Positions 13,224 to 25,194 are shown, counted from the first letter of the stretch. The stretch is 64,000 nucleotides of DNA from Felis catus (GCF_018350175.1 NC_058368.1:74278001-74342000), one strand, 5' to 3'. The notes: generated from the sequence alone by a model not told the origin. Made by a program: numbers and translations.

Positions 13224-13696
13224 CTTTATTTTATTCAACCAAAAAAAAATTTTTTTTTAATTTTTTTTTCAACGTTTATTTATTTTTGGGACAGAGAGAG
13301 ACAGAGCACGAATGGGGGAGGGGCAGAGAGAGAGGGAGACACAGAATCAGAAACAGGCTCCAGGCTCTGAGCCATCAGCCCAGAGCCTGACGCGGGGCTT
13401 GAACTCACGGACCGCGAGATCGTGACCTGGCTGAAGTCGGACGCTTAACCGACTGCGCCACCCAGGCGCCCCAAAACAAAAAAATTTTTAATGTTTTTAT
13501 TTATTTTTGAGACAGAGAGCGACAGAGCATGAGCAGGGGACGGGCAGAGAGACAAAGGGAGACATAGGATCCGATGCAGGCTCCAGGCTCTGAGCTGTCA
13601 GCACAGAGCCTGAGGTGGGACTGGAACTCACAGACTGTGAGATCGTGACCTGAGCCGAAGTTGGACGCTTAACCGACTGAGCCACCCAGGCGCCCC
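13224..13696 (-). mobile_element. CanSINE (older) with a second SINE inside its tail
   Basis: TSD AGTTC(C/T)GCCATAG(T/C)TT at 13208-13223 and 13697-13712; body at about 13485-13696. Confidence 0.93.
13250..13472 (-). mobile_element. Young felid CanSINE (SINEC_Fc type)
   Basis: Diagnostic GGCGCAGTCGG...CAGCCAGGTCACG; CpGs intact. Confidence 0.97.
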
Positions 13697-15837
13697 AGTT
13701 CTGCCATAGCTTACATGAAAAGTAAATATATTTTATTGTTAGAGAGTAGCCCGGAATTGACACCATAGTCTTTGACCAGATAAAGCCTTAGCACAACACG
13801 TGGGGAGAGCCCTAATACTTTGGACAAGAGAAGAGGAAACCTCTTTGGTTTCCCAGTACTTGTACTAGAAAGAAGAATAAAAATGGCAGAATGTTTCCCT
13901 GACGCCTCTAATCCCTGGAGTGACAGAGAGACAACAAAGAGAAGGGACTTGGAAAATGCTGGGGAAGAGATTTCTCTCTAATTGCCCTGGACAGAGGTGT
14001 GCCCTATCATGGGAGTGCAGAAGAAAAATGCACTCAAATTACAGACTTAATTTTGTAAACAAACGAACAAACAAAGTACTGCAAACGCAAGGTTGACCGA
14101 GTCTCTTTTGCACAAGCGTGTCTCCTTGCCTGCGGTCTCTGAAGGCTGAAAGGTGAGGTCTAAATAAGTGAGGGCGGTGCCCTTGTTCTCTGGGCAGAGA
14201 GAATGGAGAGGAAGGGAGGTGGGGGGAGGGAACTCAGATGCCACATTTGTACCATGACCTTGATTAAAGGAGGAAACAGATTGTGTCTTGTGCAGAGAAG
14301 AGTGATTATTTATCTACACTGACATGTGTTGTATGAACACCTTGTCAGATGCTCTGGGACTGTCATGAGCTATAGATCTTAGGGAAATCAGAGGTTCCTG
14401 ATATTGTCCTCCTGGGAGCTGGAGCCCCAAATAGATTTACTGTTTACGAATCATCACCTGTGGTCAATAATCCTTGATTTTACCCTTCTAAGATGAGTGT
14501 TGTTGAGTGAAAGTTTTTTTTTTTTTTTACATGTTTAAACCTGCTTTTGTTTGTTTTGTTTTGCTTTGGCCAAAGGTTTACTTACAAATTTCTTTAGGTC
14601 GTATGCTAGTTTAAATGATTAGGTTTGCAACCCAGTGCTAATTTAACTTTAAACGTGCTTGCCATGATCAGAGCACACGCCATAAGTACACAAGTGTTAC
14701 ATTCCAACGCACGTTAACACAGGATTTGAGCAGGAGGTAAAACATACATACATACATGCAGACATATGTGCATAACAGAACCCACAAATTAAAGGACTAG
14801 ATAGGGACGATAAATTTAAGTCGAAGCAAATAATTTTCAACATAACATATTTATTTTCTCTTTAGTATCTCTCCTTTTGTTTTTGTGACAGAGACATAGA
14901 CGAGGAAACTTACTACCTAATGATCTAAAATGATATCTAAGATGATCACATCGCTAGATTCACACCATGAATCATCTAGAATGCTCTCATTTTTCAGCCT
15001 TAGAAGGGGAATCTCTTTTGTTTCATGCCCTCTGTACGGTGGGAGATAGAGGCATTTTAGATACATAAAGAAGGATGTTCACACATCTATGAATTGTGAT
15101 ACCTACCCCCCAAGTGGTGTTTTTACAAATGGGCTAAACATAAAAGATAATGGTAGAGGAGTGGCCTCAAAAGATAGCACAATAGGAAGACCCAAGACTT
15201 CGTTGCTCCCATGGAAATATTGATTCAACAACAATAACACTTCCCTTTGTGGGAAATCCAGAAATCAGTTAAAGGGTCCTGCACCCCAGGTAAGCACAAA
15301 AGCAGCTGCATTGAAGCCAATAGGAAGAACATGGTACCTCTTCACCATAGTATCCTGGCACGGTGCCATACTATTGGGCATACAAAAAAAATAACACCAA
15401 AATTGGACCATTATCTGACACTCTACACAAAAATGAGTTCAAGATGGATTAGAGGCTTAAATGTAAGAGCCGAAATTATAAAACTCTTAGAAGAAAACTT
15501 CTAGCAGAAGGGAAAATCTTCATGATATCGGTCGTGGCAACAATGTCTTGAAGATGACTCTATGAGCACAGGCACCAAAAGCAAACATGGACAAGCAGGG
15601 CCACCTCAGCCTGAATAGCTTCTGCACAGCAAAGGCAACCATCGACAGAATTAAAAGACAACTCACAGAAGGGGGAAAAAAGTATTTGAAAACCATAGGA
15701 CTCTTACAACTATTGAAAAATGAGAAAGGACTTGAAGAGATGTTTCTCCAAAGAAGACACACAAACAGCTAGAAGTTATATAAGAAGATGCTAAATGTTA
15801 CTAATCATCAGGGGAGTGCACATCAAAACCATAATGA

Positions 15838-16036
15838 GGGGCGCCTGGGTGGCGCAGTCGGTTAAGCGTCCGACTTCAGCCAGGTCACGATCTCGCGGTC
15901 CGTGAGTTCGAGCCCCGCGTCAGGCTCTGGGCTGATGGCTCGGAGCCTGGAGCCTGTTTCCAATTCTGTGTCTCCTTCTCTCTCTGCCCCTCCCCCGTTC
16001 ATGCTCTGTCTCGCTCTGTCCCCCCCCCAAAAAAAA
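15838..16036 (+). mobile_element. Young felid CanSINE inside L1
   Basis: TSD AAAACCATAATGAG at 15825-15838 and 16037-16050. Confidence 0.97.
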
Positions 16037-16447
16037 AAAACCATAATGAGATGTCACCTCCCACCTGTTATCATGATGATTATTTAAAAAAAAAACAAAC
16101 AGAAAGTAACAAGTGTTTTGGGGAAGGCGTAGTGAATTTGGAACCCTCATACGCTGCTGGTGGGAATGTAAAATGATGCAGCCATTGTGGACAACAGTAT
16201 ATATAGAGTTTCCTCAAAAAATTCAAAATACTGCCATATGACCTGCAATCCAACTTATGGGTATTTTTCCAAAACAGTTGAAAATGGGATCTCAAAAAAA
16301 TATTTGCACCACCAAGTTCATCGCAGTATTATCCTCAATAACCAAGAGGTGGGAACAACCTAAACGTCCATGGATGGATGAATGGGTAAAGAAAATGTGG
16401 TCTATGCATAAAATGGATTCCCATTCAGACTGTAAAAGAACGAACGA

Positions 16448-16678
16448 GGGGTGCCTGGGTGGCTCAGTTGGGTAAGCTCCTGACTTCAGCTCGGGTCATG
16501 GTCTCACATCTTATGAGTTTGAGCCCCAGGTCAAGCTCTGTGCTGACAGCTCAGAGCCTGAAGCCTGCTTTGAATTCTGTGTCTCCCTCTCTCTCTGCCT
16601 CTCCCCCGCTCTCCCTGTATCTCTCTCAAAAATAAATAAACATTAAACACATAAACAAATAAAAACAATACAAAATAC
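16448..16678 (+). mobile_element. CanSINE inside L1
   Basis: Head, (CT)n and A-rich tail; TSD approximately AAAAGAA(C/G)GAA. Confidence 0.95.
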
Positions 16679-19096
16679 AAAAGAAGGAAATCCCGTCACA
16701 TGCTACAACATGGGTGAACCTTGAGCATATTACACTGAGTGAAATAAACCAGTCACAGAAGGAAAAACACTGCATTGTCCCACTTGTAAGAGGTCTCTGA
16801 AGTAGTCAAAGTCATCGAAGGGGAGCACAGAATGATGATGTCCAGGGGTTGGGGGAAGGGATAACAGAGAGCTGATATTCAAAGAGTATAAAATTTCAAT
16901 CATGCAAAATAAAGAAGCCCTAGAAAACGGATTTAGAATCTTGTACTTATAGGTAACAATAGGGTACCGTTCATTTAAAAGTTTGTTAAGAGGGTGGATG
17001 TCATGCTATGTGTTTTAACACCCACACAAAAGATAATGATGGAACACTGGCGTGTGTTTTCTTTGAAAAGATAATTGTAATTTTCAAGATCTCATGTCTA
17101 TTTTAACTTCCAAATAAACTCTGATCAGTTTGGAGGTATGCCTATTTCGACCCTAAGATGCCAAATAAGGAGATGGTTTTAGAACCAGGGGAGAAAAGTA
17201 ATACGCAGAAAGAACTACTTGGTAGGATCCATACATGTTACGACGTCAGAGGCAGTGCTCTTGGTGCAGGTCTTAAAGTTCAAAAAGAATGGGGTCGAAG
17301 TAAGTGGATGGTGGAACATATTTCCACCCTAACTATGCAAGGTAGAGTTTGAAATTCGCATAAATGTAAACCACAAACTTCAACAAAAGTCTTCCATGAT
17401 ACTTTAAGGTCGTTTTAAAGGCAGTCTCCTAAGTTTTTTTATTCAGGTTTGAAAATGATGCCACAGAAATGAACAAATAATGCATTCAAAAATCTAACAT
17501 TGCCTTAAGAATATTTTCCAGTCTAACCCATTCCTTCTGGTCATCGTGTTTTACCACTTTGCAGTTCAATGACTCCTGATTACAATGTCCCTGATCAGAT
17601 ACACCGTCAGAACCTAAACTCATCCTACTGACATTAACTCTATCTGTTCTTGTACTTACTACACCAGATGTGGGATTTAGCTTATCAACAGATTTAAGAG
17701 AACACTACTATTGACTCTATTGTGCAAAATGCAAAGGCATTATTGCCAGTGATTTGGTATTAGAAGTTTGGTCCTTGAGAGGTCCCGTAGTAACCTGTTA
17801 CCTGGCTTTGGGGTAGTGTTATCTGGGAGTGTTTTCTCCTATAGTAAAAGGCTATTGTTGCTGAGGAACTCTTACTGCCTTAGTGCCTAATTCTATCCAG
17901 CACTCCATGTCCAATGCAGCCTTTCCTGATAAATCCTACCTTTAATCCTTTTATAATTGCTACTTCTTTATTTTCAAAGGGTCCTCTATTTCTTTTATTC
18001 ACATTGAAAGGTCAGAATTCTGCCAGTTCATTTAAGAAATGCGTAGCCCTTTACACAATCTTTGCAAAGAGAAAACCCTTTTAAAAAGAAATACTTGCCC
18101 TTCTTTAAGTTTCTTCAAATAGCTTCTGCTCCGTATTTACATTTTCTTCATGGCTTCCTCTGGAAAAGAAATATGGTCGTGCAGTGGCACAGCTTGCCAA
18201 CTCAACATTAGATTTCTCTGCGGAAGCCTGCAGATGCACAGAAATTAAATACAGTAGAATTATGTAGGAAATGAATGATCTGTAAATTCATTTGAAATGC
18301 CCATAGGTACCCCTTTCCAAACTGGGGTGCTTTTAGTGATATGCTGCATTGATTTTCTTGTATGTCACATCACATTGGGTTTGTATGTCTCATTATGCGA
18401 TGTTATCACTTTATGGTGCTGTGGCTTTCGTGGTGACACTGTGAACATAATGTAATGTGATGTGCCATGGCTGTGAAATGCCATTAAACTATGACACTCT
18501 AGAGAGTCCGTGAATTATGCCATTTCACTACTGTACTTTCAGAAGGCAGACAGAACTACAGGAGGCATTGAGTGTTAGGATTATCTGAATTTGTTTATCT
18601 ATCTCATTTGAGTCATACAAAGTCACACGTGGGTGGAATTGGTAATACCACGAACACCACAGCAATTTGAATTTGACACGAGGAAACCCCCCTGTCCTTA
18701 ATATGGGTTGTTGTTACACCCTGGCATTTCTGTAATTCTGGAGCACTAACGAAACAAGTGTTTTGTGTCATCTGACCCCATGTTTCCCTCATGTTGTACC
18801 AAGAAGGGAGAGACCTGCTCTTCTCGAATGTGGCCACTTCCCTGGCCAGGAGTGACCAGCATGGTAAGGGACAGTTCAGCGGTTTGTGACTGTTAACTCT
18901 CCTGGGTTTTGCTTCTCAGCCTCTGGCTTTCTCATAAATCTGCTAATCCAAAGAGACCTTCAAATTGGTATAACCTAGAGTTTTCTTCCCTTGATGCTTA
19001 GCGTCAGGTCACCATAGCGTTGAGTGGGAAGAAAACATACCACCTTTTCTGCTCATCTATGGCCTTGGCATTTTCAATTAAAAATACATTCCTTTA

Positions 19097-19262
19097 GGGG
19101 CGCCTGGGTGGCTCAGTCGGTGAACCGTCCAGCTTCGGCTCAGGTCACGATCTTGTGGTCTGTGGGTTCGAGACCGGCGTCGGGCTCTGTGCTGACAGCT
19201 CGGAGCCTGGAGCCTGTTTCAGATTCTGTGTCTCCCTCTCTCTGTGACCCTCCCCCGTTCAT

Positions 19263-19310
<48 letters not shown>

Positions 19311-19342
19311 CCTCAAAAATAAATAAATGTTTAAAATTAAAA
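19097..19342 (+). mobile_element. CanSINE with a long (CT)n
   Basis: TSD AAAAATACATTCCTTTA at 19080-19096 and 19343-19359. Confidence 0.97.
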
Positions 19343-19363
19343 AAAAATACATTCCTTTAAAAC

Positions 19364-19777
19364 TTTTTTTCTTTTTTTAAATATTTATTTAGATTCAAGT
19401 TAGTGAGCCTGCTGTGTATTATTGGTTTCAGGAGTAGAACCCAGTGATCACTGGGAAGTTCATCACTTCCATATAACACACAGTGCTCGACCCAACAAGT
19501 GCCCATCAACCATTTAGCCCATCGCCCCTCCAGCAACCCTCACTTTGTTTTCTGTAGTTAAGAGTCTCTTATGGTCTTCCTCCCTCTCTGTTTTCATCTT
19601 ACATTTCTTCCTTTCCCCGTGTTCATATGTTTCATTTGTTAAATTCCACGTAGGTGAAGTCAGAGGATATTTTTCTTTCTCTGACTTATTTCACTTAGCG
19701 TAATACATTCTAGTTCCATCCATGTTGCCACAAATGGAAGCCTTGCATTCTTTTTAATCACTGAGTCATAGTATTCC
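19364..19777 (-). mobile_element. 5'-truncated carnivore L1 3' end
   Basis: GGTTTCAGGAGTAGAA...CCCTCCAGCAACCCTCA...TTAAGAGTCTCTTATGG...GACTTATTTCACTTAGC. Confidence 0.85.
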
Positions 19778-19958
19778 TCTAAAGCCATTTTTTTTGCTTG
19801 TTTGTTTTACAGAAAGCCTTTCAAAGTGGAGCCTTCTGTGAAGTCTACTGTGGGGTCTATTTGTATGATGGCTGTGGTCAGAGTTGGAGCCCGGATAAGG
19901 TAAAACCAGCAACGATAGCAATATCTGAAAAGTTCCATCCCGTGTGTAAGATATGACG

Positions 19959-20199
19959 TTTTTTTTTTTCAACGTTTTTTGTTTTTTTGTTTTTGTTTTT
20001 TTTAATTTATTTTTGGGACAGAGAGAGACAGAGCATGAATGGGGGAGGGGCAGAGAGAGAGGGAGACACAGAATCAGAAACAGGCTCCAGGCTCCGAGCC
20101 ATCAGCCCAGAGCCTGACGCGGGGCTCGAACTCACGGACCGCGAGATCGTGACCTGGCTGAAGTCGGACGCTTAACCGACTGCGCCACCCAGGCGCCCC
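19959..20199 (-). mobile_element. Young felid CanSINE
   Basis: TSD AGATATGACG at 19949-19958 and 20201-20210; tail expanded. Confidence 0.97.
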
Positions 20200-20234
20200 G
20201 AGATATGACGGTTTTGTAAACATCATCTCATTTA

Positions 20235-20464
20235 TTTTTTTATTTAAAAAAAATTTTTTTTAATGTTTACTTATTTTTGAGACAGAGAGAGACAGAGCAT
20301 GAATGGGGGAGGGGCAGAGAGAGAGGGAGACACAGAATCGGAAGCAAGCTCCAGGCTCTGAGCCATCAGCCCAGAGCCCCACGCGGGGCTCGAACCTACA
20401 GACCGCGAGATCGTGACCTGAGCCGGAGTCGGACGCTTAACCAACTTAGCCACCCAGGCGCCCC
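20235..20464 (-). mobile_element. CanSINE
   Basis: TSD AAACATCATCTCATTTA at 20218-20234 and 20465-20481. Confidence 0.97.
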
Positions 20465-20870
20465 AAACATCATCTCATTTAATTGTCACATGAAGTATAT
20501 ATTTTATTATTGTATTTTCTAAACAAAAAAACCCCACTATAATTCATCCAGATTTACTTATTCCCCCTGTGGATCTTTCCAATCCTGTTCCAGGACCAAA
20601 TCCTTGTTACTTCTATTAGTTTAGCCGGTCAAAAATTATCAGGGAGGGGTTTCCATCTAATGATGTATTTGGACATGTGTTTTAATTACGACAGCAAAAA
20701 AGTAGCACCACTGTCATCAAAGATAGCCCGCTGCATTTGTATGAAACAAACCAGTTCATGTGAAGATGGCCCCCAATCGTATTATTATGTGTTGAAATAA
20801 GAACTTAGGGCCCGAAAGCTCTACAGGTGAGTGACATCACCAGTCCTCACTTAAAACTCCTCTTTGGACT

Positions 20871-21098
20871 GGGGCTCCTGGTGGTTCAGTCGGTTAAGCA
20901 TCCAAATTTGGCTCAGGTCGTGATCTCACAGTTCGTGGGCTCGAGCCCCACCTCGGGCTCTGCTGACGTTGCAGGAAGTGAGGCTGGAGACTACTTCTGA
21001 TTCTGTGTCTCCTTCTCTCTCTCTCTGTCCCTCCCCCGCTCCCCCTCTGTCTCTCTCCCTCTCTCAAAAATAAACATTAAAAAATAAAATAAAAAATT
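20871..21098 (+). mobile_element. CanSINE with an atypical middle segment
   Basis: TSD AA(A/C)CTCCTCTTTGGACT at 20854-20870 and 21099-21115. Confidence 0.95.
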
Positions 21099-21284
21099 AA
21101 CCTCCTCTTTGGACTTAACTGTATGAAGGGAAGCCTGTGGAGGACATGGGAGGGTTCAGAGGGAACACACTTTGTGTGCCCTTCTCTCTTCATCAGACAG
21201 GGAACATCTTCCATTTTGCTCTCCGTTTTCTCTTCTACACCTTGTTCATATTTGCGACCTGCCGAAACGTAATGCCGCTGCATG

Positions 21285-21315
<31 letters not shown>

Positions 21316-21842
21316 TCCTGCTCTCAGGTTAAATGGCTTTCTTTTATACTTCTATATGATTCCATAAATAATAAATTTCTTGAAGTAATTAAAATACTCT
21401 TTCCATGCCACTGATGAAAAATGTAAGGTATAATGTAGCGTGTACTCTTTTAAAGCTTGACCTTGACTTCAACATTATTCAAGTGCAATAAGGTTGGTCC
21501 TAAGCCCATTTAATTTGATACTGTGTTTTGATAATGAATGGATGTATTCTAATTTTTCATGTTGGCTTTCATGTGCTTATAATACTTACAATGACATTAA
21601 TAACTTTTAAGTATTCATATATTGCTTCCAGATTACTGGCATGATAATATGTTCGAGGAGTACTGCCAATTAGAAAAGAGTTTCTGCTTAGTACATTGGC
21701 TTCATTTATTCTCATTTATATCCAGAGGACATAGAATTCTTACATAAAAACATGTATTTTATAGATGCAGTTGCAAATGCCTAGTAAAATAATTCTAAAA
21801 TATTTTCATAGCTGTGATTAGTTTTGGTCTCCTATAAACCAC

Positions 21843-21847
21843 TGTGT

Positions 21848-21885
<38 letters not shown>
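21843..21885. repeat. (TG)n microsatellite
   Basis: Read directly. Confidence 0.95.
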
Positions 21886-21887
<2 letters not shown>

Positions 21888-22057
21888 AATAAGATAGTAA
21901 GATTGTAGGGTAGGACTTTTATGTCTAATTGGTGTGAAACCATGAACCATGAAGCCTCTTTGTGTTCTAGTTTTATTTATAATTCTTTATGCCTTCAATA
22001 TTCAAGTTTTTACTTCCACTTTAGGGAAACGATTTATATTCTGGGCCAGTACCCCCC

Positions 22058-22581
22058 ATATTAGCTTTCCATTGTTGCACACCCAATTAGCACATGCCTA
22101 GGGGGTTAACATACGTTTATTGTTTCACCATTTCTTAGGATAAAGAGTCCACAAAGCGCTTAGCTGTGTCCTCTGCCCTGGGCCTACCCAAGCTGAAATC
22201 AAGATGTTGACCAGCTGTGTTCTTATTTGGAGGCTTGACTGGGGAAGAACTCACTTGTTTTGTCTTTTGACTGTGTGGTTGAGGGTCTCAGTTTCTCACT
22301 GACTGTTGGCTAGAGGCCACCCTGAGCTCCTAGAGGCTGCCTGTAGATTCCTGTCACGTAGCTTTCTCCACAGGCGGATCACAGACAGCCATTTTCTTCT
22401 TCAAGGCCAGCAAGAGAATCTCTCTGCCCAGACTACTAGGATAGAGCCTTATATAACGTGACATCAACATGGAAGTGACAAATGACCTTTGCCATATTCT
22501 ATCAGTAGACACAATTTCCACTCGGGGGAAGTCATTGTAGGAAGTGAGGCTGGGGTTCGCCTCAGGGTTTGTACCTGACAC
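22058..22581 (-). mobile_element. MaLR solo LTR (MLT1E/F/G-like)
   Basis: AAGCTGAAATCAAGATGTTG...GGAGGCTTGACTGGGGAAGAA...TCTTCAAGGCCAGCAAGAGAATCTC...CTTTGCCATATTCTAT. Confidence 0.75.
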
Positions 22582-23278
22582 AACACTCCCCCATCACACC
22601 AAGGACTTCTATCAGTTGAAAATACACTAAGTATCTACCTAATCAGTATTTTCTCTGAGTTTCTTATGGGAGACAGTTTGGTTTCAGGTCAGTATCCCTT
22701 CTCGTTGCGTTGGGGGCACTGTCTCAAAGGAGTCAAGTCAGCTGGACATTTTAAGGCTTGAGAACAGTCATGTAATTTTTGTTCTATTTTGTATTGCTAT
22801 CTTCCACTAGGACATCGTCAGTATATTTTATACTGTTCCAATCTTACTGCGTAGGATTAGAGTGATTTATATTAACCTGTATAAAGGAGTGGGAATGACA
22901 ATAATAATGCCAATTGCTATCATCTGCTCCGTGTGGTCGTATCATTTTCTCTCGACAGCATTGCTGCAACGGAAGCATCGCAGCATCTATATTTTTTGCG
23001 ATTAGAAAACCAGGATTAGAGACTGTCGTGCTTGTGCCCAAAGTGAAGAGCGCCTATCTAGCAAAATGCATTTTGTTAGCTGAGGTCTGGCTAAATCGAA
23101 ACCACTCATCCGAATTAGAGCTGTTTTGATATGAGTAATCCTAAGAAGAAAATTATCTTTTGTGTTTTAAGAAACTTTTCTGAACATGTCCAAAATCTAG
23201 TATTTTTTTTTTTTTCTTTTTCGATTTGGGATCATATCAAGTAAGCAAAATTCTGGAATTCTGACACTATCTGTAGAG

Positions 23279-23478
23279 CAGTGACTCAATTTTACACTTC
23301 CGACATTTTGTGTTTTATAATACTGTGTTTTGATGCCTGTTCTGTATATTGTGAGATATTTAACAGCATCCCTGGTTTCTATTCAGTACGACAAACAAAA
23401 ATATTTCCAGCCATTGCCAAACGTCCTGGGGTTTGAGAAGTGAGGAGAGTCAAAATTGCCCTTGGTTAAGAACCAATG
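23279..23478 (-). mobile_element. MER20 (hAT-Charlie)
   Basis: TTTAACAGCATCCCTGG...CATTGCCAAACGTCCTGGGG...CAAAATTGCCCTTGGTTAAGAACCAATG. Confidence 0.75.
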
Positions 23479-23563
23479 TTCTATGGTGAATTCTACTTGT
23501 TTTAAAGCTTCTGACTTTACCTCTGAGATCTTCCCAGGAATATTTTTTAATATTATGTTTCTC

Positions 23564-23668
23564 AGGCTGCCTGGGTGGCTGAGTCGGTTAAGCATCCAAC
23601 TCTTGGTTTCGGCTCAGGTCACCACCTTGAGGTTCGTAGGATCGAGCCCTGAGTCAGGCTGATAGCAC

Positions 23669-23715
<47 letters not shown>

Positions 23716-23775
23716 CCTCCCTTACTCTCTCTCTTTCTCTCTCAAAATAGATAAGTCAACTTAAAAAAAAATAAA
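23564..23775 (+). mobile_element. CanSINE (older, internally deleted, long (CT)n)
   Basis: Head GCCTGGGTGGCTGAGTCGGTTAAG, (CT)n and A tail. Confidence 0.9.
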
Positions 23776-23815
23776 AGTTTACTCATAGATCCTTAAAAAA
23801 AGTAAGTTAATCTTT

Positions 23816-24012
23816 GGGGTGCCTGAGTGGCTCAGTCAATTAAGCATCTGACTCTTGATTTTGGCTCAGGTCATGATCTCATAGTGCATGGGTTCGAGCC
23901 CCATGTCAGGCTCTGTGCTGCCAGTGCAGAGCCTGCTGTGGTTCCTCTCTCCCACCCCCACCCCCCGCCCCTCCCTTGCTCTCTCTCTCTCTCTCAAAAT
24001 AAACTTAAAAAA
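23816..24012 (+). mobile_element. CanSINE (older type)
   Basis: Head with ACTCTTGATTTTGGCTCAGGTCATGATCTC; A tail. Confidence 0.93.
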
Positions 24013-24652
24013 GATTACATTTCTCTAAATATGACATTATATCTGCCATTTTCCTTTCATTCACACCTTTGCAAAACCATACTTTCAGTGATTACCTGTG
24101 ATAACATCATTGAACTAACTGATCACATATTTTATTTGTCAGATATTGAAATGGCGGTTAGAACATTCGGGAACTTTCAGGTCTGAAAGGGCATCCGAAT
24201 GAGGACAAAGCCTTGAGCCTACAAAAAGAACCTTCTTTGACACACTTGTAACGCAAGTTAACTTCCTGCCATTTTAACAATCGTAGGAACTGATTTGTAA
24301 TTTTTCCCACCCTGGATGCAACAGTTCCAGCTACTCAAGTTCTGCATCTGACCTGGTCTCAAAAACCATTTGTGTTTTCTCAAGTAAATTGAGTCTCCCG
24401 TCGTAACTTTGTATCTTGCTTAATAAGGTCTCTTCTTTCTGTTGACATTTATACTGAACTTGATTTGCTCTAAGACTTATGGGGGGGCATTCGTATCAAA
24501 CAGGCTAATGTGAGAGACTCAGTCTTCCTATGAAAAATCCATAAGTATCTATGTTAGTCATTAGCTTGGACCCTAAGCATTTTATACCCTATCTTACCTA
24601 GAAAATGAATTCCATATTTGTGGGTAGATGTCTTTAAGTGGTTTAAACTTTT

Positions 24653-24870
24653 ATTTTTTTTAAAGTTTTTAATGTTTATTTCTTTTTGAGAAAGAGAGAC
24701 AGAGCTCAAGCAGGGGAGGGGCAGAGAGAGAGGGAGACACAGAATCCAAAGCAGGCTCCAGGCTCTGAGCTGTCCGCACAGAGCCCAACGCAGGGCTTGA
24801 ACCCACAAACTGTGAGATCAGGACCTAAGCTGAAGTTAGTGCCCAACCAACTGAGCCACCCAGGTGCCCC
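24653..24870 (-). mobile_element. CanSINE
   Basis: Full antisense copy; flanks share GTTTAAACTTTT. Confidence 0.95.
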
Positions 24871-25194
24871 ATACGCAGTTTAAACTTTTTAAAGTCAAAT
24901 TTAAAATGAACGTGGTAGAGAACCCCATAAAACAAGCATTAAGAGTTTAAAGGGGAACAAGGCAATTCACAAGCTTGGAACCTACTGACTATTCTCTTTT
25001 CAAAGCATGTACCAATGATAAATGAGATTTTGCATACTTTTTTTTTTTGTTATTATTCAGAGAGATGAATGTTTAGTTTACTTTATTCAGGACACTTCCT
25101 CAACCAGAACAATATAGTTCCTTTATTCCTTAATTCTATGATCATTTTTGTCTTGCTTTCATTTTGACTTTTATTATTTTTTGGTCTTGATTTT

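Larger units (their letters stand above)
15158..17027 (+). mobile_element. L1 (MA9/Carn-like): 5' terminus joined to the end of ORF2 and the 3' UTR; two SINEs inserted
   Basis: ORF2-like peptide [33 protein letters not shown]; 3' UTR to 17027; TSD AAAAGATAATG(G/A)T(A/G)GA at 15142-15157 and 17028-17043. Confidence 0.88.

Noticed and set aside
15247..16475. ORFs with L1 ORF2-like peptides
   Set aside because: Frameshifted, stop-interrupted and SINE-interrupted L1 remnants, not a functional CDS.
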